Shown: positions 1 through 5,800 of the stretch, piece after piece | Numbering within the stretch: the stretch's first letter is position 1 | Layout: every line of letters starts with the position of its first letter | Source of the DNA: an uncultured virus (IMG/VR IMGVR_UViG_2825527155_000001) | Lineage: Duplodnaviria; Heunggongvirae; Uroviricota; Caudoviricetes | DNA: 20,000 bases | IMG/VR virus record: IMGVR_UViG_2825527155_000001 | Strand: one strand, 5' to 3' | The notes under the pieces: generated by a model | What the model saw: only the letters and a program-made list of their open reading frames with translations | Database searches by the model: none | What the model was told of the DNA's origin: nothing | Position numbers and translations under genes: made by a program

Positions 1-15
1 CCACGATTGTCAGTC

Positions 16-345
16 GGTAAAAGAAAACCGAGTAACCCAATGAAAACAAAAAGGAAATTACAGAATCTTTTTACCCGTAGAGGGTAAAAGAAAACAACAT
101 AATTGTCTGATTTTATTGCATTTTAATGGATAAAAAGGATCTAAATCGATGCAATGAGTAAAAAAATAGATATAACAGACTGAAAATAAAGAGCTTTGTT
201 TAATCTTTTGTTTTTAAGGTTAAAAAAACAGATGTAACTCGATGATATTTAAGATAAATAACCATCTTCTTTTTACCATTAGCAAACCAGCTAAAAACAC
301 TATTTTCCTTCTATAAATCAATCAGATAATTCAATTCTTTTTACC
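16..345. repeat. Array of five ~56-62 bp modules: GGTAAAA-type site, IHF-like box, inverted TTTTACC-type site (cosB-like)
   Basis: GGTAAAAGAAAAC at 16-28 and 83-95; TCTTTTTACC at 66-75, 268-277 and 336-345; degenerate copies at 156, 218 and 289. IHF-like TAAnnnnnTGAww boxes start 16-17 bp into each module (33, 100, 173, 235; inverted AATCAATCAGATA at 316-328). Confidence 0.65.
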
Positions 346-390
346 GATCACTTTTAACCTAACTTTTCCGGCGTTCAGCTAGTCGATTCT

Positions 391-436
391 CGGGGTTCGA
401 ATGACCCGCATTCAACGCTCCTGCCCAGAAGGACCC
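391..436 (-). other. Candidate cos site (cosQ plus cosN)
   Basis: Minus strand GGGTCCT (430-436) is identical to lambda cosQ, followed about 21 nt later by the dyad CGGG-TCATTCGAAC-CCCG (391-408). It lies downstream of the lysis genes, where cos is expected. Confidence 0.6.
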
Positions 437-516
437 AAAGGAGCTGGCAGGTGATCACACAGGCTGTCCGCCAGCTCCTCAGAGTCAGCCGCAGCACGTC
501 GCACACGTGGCGAATA

Positions 517-1233
517 TTAGTCGAACTTCTTAGCGAGTAACTCATCAATAGCCTTTGCAATCTCCTTAGTGAAGGCCGCTTCACCTGCCCGCAGAGCAAC
601 ACCGTGCCAGTCAAGCCGCTGCGAATAGTTGGGCTTCTGTATGAACGTTAAGATCAACGACGGTCGACGCCCCACACGCAGCCACACGCCAGGCTGTAAT
701 GGGTTACTCGTACCAGGACGAATAACAAAGAACTCCGTAGGCTTGCCCTGACGGCGGTTCTGATGCACATCGCGCTGTACACGCAGACTGGACAGCACTT
801 GCTGCAGTTGCCCCCGGTTAATATTCCCGTATTTGTCCCGCTTTGCGCCGGGACCAGGGGCAACCTGCCAGCCGTTCGGCAGATAACCACCAGCCCTCAA
901 TGCACCTTCAGAGCGCTTATACTGGCGCTCTCCCCCCTCAATCTGCGGCGTTAACGTAGTTGGCGCAGGTGTACCGCCCCACTCACGAGCATAAACAACA
1001 GCTTTGGGATCGCTTTTTTTAGCGGCCAGAATATACGTTGAGTTCAAAATCCACGGTGTCGGGTTGTCAAACACACGGCTGATTTCATCCTTTAGCGCCA
1101 ACTGCGCCGCCTTAGCCGTTCTGGTTGCCGTAAGTGCCATCGCAAACGGTATTTCACGTTCTTCCAGACGCATGAGCTGGCGCTGAACATCCTGAGCGTC
1201 AAAATCTAACTTAACTTCAATCTTGTCAGCCAC
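517..1233 (-). CDS. Conserved phage protein preceding cos (possibly gpZ/HK97-gp10-like morphogenesis protein), 238 aa
   Basis: Long ORF; preferred GTG start at 1233 with AGGGGG RBS; IPFAMALTATRTAK...FDNPTPW motif familiar from phage proteins. Function uncertain. Confidence 0.7.
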   Translation of the reverse strand: MADKIEVKLDFDAQDVQRQLMRLEEREIPFAMALTATRTAKAAQLALKDEISRVFDNPTPWILNSTYILAAKKSDPKAVVYAREWGGTPAPTTLTPQIEGGERQYKRSEGALRAGGYLPNGWQVAPGPGAKRDKYGNINRGQLQQVLSSLRVQRDVHQNRRQGKPTEFFVIRPGTSNPLQPGVWLRVGRRPSLILTFIQKPNYSQRLDWHGVALRAGEAAFTKEIAKAIDELLAKKFD

Positions 1234-1286
1234 CAGCGCCCCCTGCTTAATCATATGGTCAACGAAGTACAGACGCCTTTTAGCAC

Positions 1287-1445
1287 TCACGGCCTGAGAC
1301 TCATGTTATCTTTGAGAATGTCGAGTACGTCCGTCTGGTCTGTCTTAACGAGACGATTCAGGATGTATGTCGCATTTATGCCAATCAGATCATTGCGTTG
1401 CGCTTTAAGCTCAGCAATTCTGGATTGGATGTCAGGTTTTGCCAT
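1287..1445 (-). pseudogene. Terminase small subunit (Terminase_2-like) internal fragment, 52 aa
   Basis: Translates MAKPDIQSRIAELKAQRNDLIGINATYILNRLVKTDQTDVLDILKDNMSLRP*, which I recognise as the middle of enterobacterial phage TerS proteins. N-terminal HTH and C-terminus are absent. Confidence 0.7.
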
Positions 1446-1467
1446 GATTATGTTCCCTGTGATTAAC

Positions 1468-1504
1468 CATTATCGCAGCCCCTCACTGAAGGGCTGCTGT
1501 AATG
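1468..1504. other. Stem-loop typical of lambdoid late regions
   Basis: CATTA-TC-GCAGCCC-(9 nt)-GGGCTGC-TG-TAATG inverted repeat. Confidence 0.6.
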
Positions 1505-1508
1505 CCTG

Positions 1509-1802
1509 TTACTCAGTAACGACCGCCCCTTCCGGCAATTCCACACCAGCAAACACCGGACATCCCGGATGACACTCATCTTCGACCGCCATCAGTTGTG
1601 ATTCTGAATACCAGCGCTCAGTTGCGCATTTATCGGCAGCCTGATAATAAACCAGATACTGATCCTCGCCATTAAGGTACTGAGCCCGGGCCTGCACCTC
1701 ACCCCATTCATCACTGATGCGCAGATTTACCAGTTGACCCAGCGAAAATTTAAACGCCTTTTCCGCCGGAAAAATTGCACAGCCGTTTTTACATTCTTTC
1801 AT
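1509..1802 (-). CDS. Conserved hypothetical phage protein, 97 aa
   Basis: ATG at 1802 after GGGAAG; FKFSLGQLV...GEVQARAQY...YLVYYQAAD...W pattern seen in phage hypothetical proteins. Confidence 0.75.
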   Translation of the reverse strand: MKECKNGCAIFPAEKAFKFSLGQLVNLRISDEWGEVQARAQYLNGEDQYLVYYQAADKCATERWYSESQLMAVEDECHPGCPVFAGVELPEGAVVTE

Positions 1803-1902
1803 TACATCTTCCCCTGGTCGCATGACCAACATTAATTGACAACACCTGATTTCAGGTGTCACTGTACGCAGCACAACAAGAAGTACTGTCAAATCGTTAT
1901 TT

Positions 1903-1952
1903 GCCTGTCGATGAAATCACGCAAGCCCGAACAACATCGACAGGCTTTTTTT
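1903..1952 (+). terminator. Intrinsic terminator-like hairpin on + strand
   Basis: GCCTGTCGATG (1903-1913) / CATCGACAGGC (1935-1945) followed by T7. Confidence 0.6.
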
Positions 1953-2046
1953 ATTTACAGTGCGTACCGGGACATTTCTGCAAATTATCCGGCGCTTTGA
2001 TTTGTTCCGTATGAATAAGGTTTTTCAGCCAGTGGGTTATTTTCAT
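1951..2046 (-). pseudogene. 31-aa ORF, possibly the truncated N-terminus of a lambdoid late-region protein
   Basis: MKITHWLKNLIHTEQIKAPD... resembles, from memory, the start of longer prophage late-region proteins. Weak support. Confidence 0.3.
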
Positions 2047-2187
2047 GAGGTGTACCAGTTTTTAGCGTCTGGTTACATTTCTGGCATATACAAAGACTGC
2101 CAGCACTCAGTACGATTGAGGTGTAGAGCTGTAGTACACAAATATCCGCGGATAAATCATCCGTCTTACGCATTACAGGAACTCTCT

Positions 2188-2230
2188 TCCCCCGCAGGTA
2201 AGCTCCCTTCCCTCCTGTGGGGATTTTTTT
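2188..2230 (+). terminator. Intrinsic terminator on + strand converging on the Rz stop
   Basis: CCCCGCAGG / CCTGTGGGG stem, pyrimidine-rich loop, T7 tail (2224-2230). Confidence 0.65.
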
Positions 2231-2684
2231 ATCTGCACTGTGTCCTGACGTACGCCTGCAAATATCTCAGCTTTTCCTGGTCACTGATAATTCCGGCCCT
2301 GATATCAAGAACGTTTTGTTCAGCATCAGCAGAGAGTTCGACGGTGGCTCCATTGCCCACGCCGCCGGTGGTTGCGGTTTTATCTTTACCGGACACGGGA
2401 CATTTGCTCCTGACGTACATCCGGCGAGCACCAGTGGCAAGCTGGTGACGAAGAACATCATTTTCAGATTCGGCAGCATTCAGCGCCTCCGTGTGTGTTT
2501 TATCCAGTTTCGCCAGCGCCGTGTGACGCTGTTCCATATCCATAATCGTCGCGGCCTGCTGACGGGTTACACGGTATGTGGCGCGGTAATCGTCGCGCCA
2601 GCTGACTGCTTTCCGGTAATAATGGTCAGCGGTCCAGCCAGCAACACCAAGGGCGGCAATTAAGCCAACCGTAAAGTAGTTCAT
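2229..2684 (-). CDS. Rz: Inner-membrane spanin Rz, 151 aa
   Basis: N-terminal TM helix, coiled coil, LD..HT.AL..A..END.LR and C-terminal LRYLQAYVRTQC motif; ATG at 2684. Confidence 0.93.
   Translation of the reverse strand: MNYFTVGLIAALGVAGWTADHYYRKAVSWRDDYRATYRVTRQQAATIMDMEQRHTALAKLDKTHTEALNAAESENDVLRHQLATGARRMYVRSKCPVSGKDKTATTGGVGNGATVELSADAEQNVLDIRAGIISDQEKLRYLQAYVRTQCR
2267..2479 (-). CDS. Rz1: Outer-membrane lipoprotein spanin Rz1 embedded in Rz
   Basis: Nested in an alternative frame; lipobox LAGC; Pro-rich PQPPAAWAMEPPSN. Confidence 0.88.
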   Translation of the reverse strand: MLPNLKMMFFVTSLPLVLAGCTSGANVPCPVKIKPQPPAAWAMEPPSNSLLMLNKTFLISGPELSVTRKS

Positions 2685-2685
2685 A

Positions 2686-2811
2686 TCACCACCAGCGGAT
2701 AGCCTGAATAAAATAAGCAACCGCCGCAAGGTCAGCCGAAAATGCAACCATTAATGCACACAGCAGAATAAGGCGTTCTGTTGTTTTATCCATTTCGCTG
2801 TTGTTATCCAT
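2686..2811 (-). CDS. Small membrane peptide, 41 aa, ending IQAIRWW
   Basis: MDNNSEMDKTTERLILLCALMVAFSADLAAVAYFIQAIRWW*; overlaps the upstream ORF and stops 1 nt before the Rz ATG. Confidence 0.6.
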   Translation of the reverse strand: MDNNSEMDKTTERLILLCALMVAFSADLAAVAYFIQAIRWW

Positions 2812-2941
2812 TCAACACCCCGATAAGTTGTGCGACGCCCGGCAATACTTCAGCTATTCCCCAAAGTAATCCAACCACCACAACAGCGTAAAACATTCGT
2901 CTGAGAACAGGGCTTTGTTCAAAAAGCTTTAATGCTTCCAC
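2804..2941 (-). CDS. Small membrane peptide, 45 aa
   Basis: Strong GGAGGAG RBS before GTG 2941; one hydrophobic helix (MFYAVVVVGLLWGIA). Confidence 0.65.
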   Translation of the reverse strand: MEALKLFEQSPVLRRMFYAVVVVGLLWGIAEVLPGVAQLIGVLNG

Positions 2942-2981
2942 AATCCAGTCTCCTCCGCTATGCGCGGTGAAATTCACATGT

Positions 2982-3005
2982 AAAAAAGCCCCGCAGATGC
3001 AGGGC
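2982..3005 (-). terminator. Intrinsic terminator within the lysis cassette
   Basis: Minus strand GCCCTGCA-TC-TGCGGGGC-TTTTTT. Confidence 0.65.
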
Positions 3006-3094
3006 ATTAAGTTTTATTCTCTTTGAATGTGTGTTTTTGACTGATTTTGTGCTTTCCGGACGCCCGGCGCCATGTCATTTTTTAGTGAAATACT

Positions 3095-3205
3095 CTATAA
3101 AATGATAATGCCTGCGAATATAAGCCAGCCCCAGCCATCATTCCCACTGATCGCAACGGCTGCCGCCATCAGAAAACATAATGCCGATACATCACGCTTA
3201 CTCAC
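3095..3205 (-). CDS. Small hydrophobic peptide, 36 aa
   Basis: GTG overlapping the endolysin end; MSKRDVSALCFLMAAAVAISGNDGWGWLIFAGIIIL, two short hydrophobic segments. Confidence 0.5.
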   Translation of the reverse strand: MSKRDVSALCFLMAAAVAISGNDGWGWLIFAGIIIL

Positions 3206-3728
3206 GGTCAATCCCCCAGCACGCCAGCAATGATTCCTGGTCACGGCGTTCAACCTGCCCGTAGCAACCGTGAGCCATACCTTTGGTTTTCCGGCAGTCC
3301 TGACCGTGGTCATATACCCAGCGCCGGATTTGTGCGCAGGCCGCCAGCCGGTGTCCGGCATTCAGTTCCCGCAAAAAGGTGCTGTGTTCGCATTTTTCCA
3401 GTCCAATGTTCCACGCACAGAATGACGCAATGCCCGCCTTCTGTGGCGGCGTCAGCGACACTTTGACTATCCGGTCGATTAACGCCAGGGCCTTTTGCTC
3501 CTGCTCACGGTCAAGCCGGTCACACTGCACCGGTGTCAGCACCATGCCTTTCCGGACGGGTTTACCGTCAACGTGCGTCAGCCCCTTGCAGATTGTCCAG
3601 ACGCCACCTGCATCACGATAAGCGTGCGTTCTGTCGCCTTCTTCCTCGTGCAAAAACTGATTCAGCAACGTCAGCGAACTGGCCCCGCCAATAATCAGCG
3701 CCATCATGGTTTTGCTCAGGCGGTTCAT
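3198..3728 (-). CDS. R: SAR endolysin (GH24 lysozyme, R21-like)
   Basis: Gly/Ala/Ser-rich N-terminal SAR helix; E-x8-D-x5-T triad (EGDRTHAYRDAGGVWT); C-terminal GQVERRDQE. Confidence 0.95.
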   Translation of the reverse strand: MNRLSKTMMALIIGGASSLTLLNQFLHEEEGDRTHAYRDAGGVWTICKGLTHVDGKPVRKGMVLTPVQCDRLDREQEQKALALIDRIVKVSLTPPQKAGIASFCAWNIGLEKCEHSTFLRELNAGHRLAACAQIRRWVYDHGQDCRKTKGMAHGCYGQVERRDQESLLACWGIDRE

Positions 3729-3730
3729 GG

Positions 3731-3970
3731 CTATTTACCCAGATAACGGTTTATCTTGCTGGCGCGGTTTTCATCCCACCCCATATCACGTAGCTGACGT
3801 AACGTTTTTCGCCGGTAATACCAGTTCAGAAAAAATGTGGCCACACCCAGCACAATACCGGCCAGCATCGCCGCCTTGTTCCACTGCGCCTGTGTGTAGC
3901 GGTCGAGCAATCCGACCAGAAAAGAGGACACCGAAAAGCTGTAGCTGGCCACCGTGGTCGCCCTTTGCAT
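3731..3970 (-). CDS. S: Class II holin/pinholin
   Basis: Two TM segments, NWYYRRK motif, basic tail; AGGAG RBS; immediately upstream of the endolysin. Confidence 0.9.
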   Translation of the reverse strand: MQRATTVASYSFSVSSFLVGLLDRYTQAQWNKAAMLAGIVLGVATFFLNWYYRRKTLRQLRDMGWDENRASKINRYLGK

Positions 3971-4064
3971 AGACGAACTCCTGAAAATAAAAAGCCCGGC
4001 AGCAACCAGTGCGCAGGGTAAGAGCGCGGTGGGTGTTACTGTCAGGCTTTGGGATTATGGACAT

Positions 4065-4089
4065 AAAAAAGCCCCGACAAAATCGGGGC
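4065..4089 (-). terminator. Intrinsic terminator upstream of holin (Q read-through)
   Basis: Minus strand GCCCCGA-TTTTG-TCGGGGC-TTTTTT. Confidence 0.8.
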
Positions 4090-4129
4090 AAGGGAGTCAT
4101 GTTGAAAACGATGAATTACCTGTGATGGA

Positions 4130-4260
4130 GTTGCGGTGCCGGGTGCCTCCCGGTAAGTACATGGACGACCAGCCAGTAACCTGCGTGAGTTCAACCGCTT
4201 TTTCCGCATTAAACGAAATGGTCGGTTTACGCCCCTCCGCTCAGGGGGATTCACCGCAAC
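4130..4260 (-). ncRNA. Structured non-coding element (candidate ncRNA, possibly Rfam RT-16-like)
   Basis: Perfect 9-bp closing stem (4130-4138/4252-4260) enclosing hairpins at 4139-4153 and 4232-4247; minus strand GGTGAATCCCCCTGAGCGGAGGGGCG...CCGGGAGGCACCCGGCACC. Family name and strand are from memory or inferred. Confidence 0.55.
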
Positions 4261-4408
4261 AGAACCGATGCTATTAACGGCAACTCCACTGAGTCAATAT
4301 ATGCCCTGTAACGCTGGGCCACCAGTACGGCATGTTATGTCCATCAGTTGGGTTCATACGTTGTATATCCGCACCTCTGCAATCGGTGCACCGTATGTTG
4401 TAAGGAAA

Positions 4409-4467
4409 CAGGCTTCACGGGCTGGATTTATCAACAAAGCACGTAGTGAGTGATACCCGTGAGCCTG
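4409..4467. other. Long stem-loop in the late leader
   Basis: CAGGCTTCACGGG (4409-4421) / CCCGTGAGCCTG (4456-4467), one bulge. Confidence 0.55.
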
Positions 4468-4473
4468 AATACG

Positions 4474-4501
4474 AAAAAGGCCACACAAATGCGCAGCCTT
4501 T
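4474..4501 (-). terminator. tR'-like terminator downstream of the tRNAs
   Basis: Minus strand AAGGCTGCGCA-TT-TGTGTGGCCTTTTT. Confidence 0.6.
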
Positions 4502-4651
4502 ATAACGAGAGTTTTATTATTCGAAGGCACTCCATCCAACAAACCACCCACGGTTATCAGGACTTTAACGGAGTGCTTTTGGATAAGCGCTGAACCCAAA
4601 GGTCAGTATTTTTACACAGCAATTTTGCAAAAAGCAGCGCCCATTCAAAAA

Positions 4652-4726
4652 TGGAGCGGTCAGCGGGAATCGAACCTGCATCATCAGCCTGGAAGGCTGG
4701 GGTAATAGCCATTATACGATGACTGC
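4652..4726 (-). tRNA. tRNA-Gly(TCC), glyT-like, three stem mismatches
   Basis: GCAGTCATCGTATAATGGCTATTACCCCAGCCTTCCAGGCTGATGATGCAGGTTCGATTCCCGCTGACCGCTCCA; cloverleaf with CCA; A-C mismatches in the acceptor, anticodon and T stems. Confidence 0.85.
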
Positions 4727-4730
4727 ATTA

Positions 4731-4806
<76 letters not shown>

Positions 4807-4808
4807 AT

Positions 4809-4874
4809 TGGTCCGCCACCGGGGCCTCGAACTACAACATCCAGTTGCCGCTCTTCCCGATGAGCTAGTGGCGG
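4809..4874 (-). pseudogene. Internally deleted tRNA-like element
   Basis: Perfect acceptor stem CCGCCAC/GTGGCGG+ACCA and D arm GCTC/GAGC; anticodon arm has a 5-nt loop; 5' strand of the T stem is missing before GTTCGA. Confidence 0.7.
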
Positions 4875-4875
4875 C

Positions 4876-4952
4876 TAATGACCCTTGCTGTACTTGAACC
4901 GGCTTCAGAGCGAGTATGAGTCCCACGCTCTAACCAACCGAGCTAAAAGCAA
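4876..4952 (-). pseudogene. Degenerate tRNA with CAT anticodon (Ile2/ileZ-like)
   Basis: TAGCTCGGTTGGTTAGAGC...GACTCATACTC...GGTTCAAGTACAGCAAGGGTCATTA; broken stems and no CCA. Confidence 0.7.
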
Positions 4953-5108
4953 GGATGCAGATAATACACAGGCCAAATTAGCCACGCAAACGCAAAGGTA
5001 AAAATCAGACATTTCCCTGAGTACAAGCTCATTTAAAATGATGTTGATCACAAAATGCGTACGCACTTTAAGTCATGTTAAACAATGAATTAGGAATAAG
5101 AGGTGTCT

Positions 5109-5666
5109 ATGCAGATTTCTGGGCTGAAAGAACTTCATAAAGACATGAGACGAAATAGTGTTACTCGGACACAGTTTCAGTACATACACAATCAGGTAGC
5201 TTTTGATGTACTGTTTTTCACAGATAGCTCCCCGTACAAGCTTCTTTTCGGGGCTATAGGAGAAAAGTGTTGTTTCGTAGTAAACGGCAAACCAGGCTAT
5301 TCAATCGATCCCTTCTTACAACCCAAGTCTACATATAGCGACTTATGTCGTGTTTTAGGTATTGAGTTCGATTCCGAAAAACCTTTCAGTACCGCGAAAT
5401 TCTTTCGTCATTTTGCTGAAGCAGTTCCACATACAATAACAACGACCAAAGAACCGAAGACGCCACTAAACACTCAAGCAAACCTTAACGATGACGGAGA
5501 TAAAATTTTCTTCAGTCATTGGCGCAGTAACGGCGACAGCAGCCATGTAACTGGTGCTAACCTTGAAAAAACGCAAAAAGCATTTGGAATCGAGATCGCA
5601 AATTTCTGCCTAGAGCGGAATATCAGCAGCTGCTGGACTGTTACTGAGAAGAGAAAACCAGAGTAA
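5109..5666 (+). CDS. DUF6037-like hypothetical protein (moron)
   Basis: N-terminus GLKELHKDM...FQY...FDVLFFTDSSPYKLLFG resembles DUF6037 from memory; GAGG RBS before ATG 5109 (GTG 5103 is an alternative); antisense to the late operon. Confidence 0.7.
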   Translation: MQISGLKELHKDMRRNSVTRTQFQYIHNQVAFDVLFFTDSSPYKLLFGAIGEKCCFVVNGKPGYSIDPFLQPKSTYSDLCRVLGIEFDSEKPFSTAKFFRHFAEAVPHTITTTKEPKTPLNTQANLNDDGDKIFFSHWRSNGDSSHVTGANLEKTQKAFGIEIANFCLERNISSCWTVTEKRKPE

Positions 5667-5689
5667 TACTGAACAATGTAAGCTATGTG

Positions 5690-5740
5690 ACGTAGTAACC
5701 ACTCTTAACAGCTTACACACTTTTTTGCGTACGCGTTAGA
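5690..5740 (-). promoter_or_regulatory. Late promoter pR' / Q-utilisation region
   Basis: Minus strand CTAACGCGTACGCAAAAAAGTGTG-TAAGCT-GTTAAGAGTGGTTAC, a motif I recognise downstream of this Q family; -10 at 5710-5715. Confidence 0.65.
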
Positions 5741-5753
5741 ACTTCTGTAAAAT
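5725..5753 (+). promoter_or_regulatory. Sigma70 promoter for the ParB-like/MTase operon
   Basis: TTGCGT (5725-5730), 17 bp, TAAAAT (5748-5753); GAGGGA RBS before ATG 5801. Confidence 0.7.
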
Positions 5754-5800
5754 CATCATATTCTGGTTAATAGACTACCCAAAACTCTTGAGGGATTATA

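Noticed and set aside
16..345. Periodic repeats as a CRISPR array
   Set aside because: Repeats are short, degenerate and in both orientations, and there are no cas genes; protein-binding sites fit better.
1960..2663. + strand ORFs of 162 and 148 aa
   Set aside because: They overlap Rz/Rz1 antisense, the first crosses a terminator, and neither has a clear RBS or motif.
3786..4599. Several 60-107 aa ORFs in the late leader
   Set aside because: They overlap hairpins and terminators, lack an RBS and have no protein-like features.
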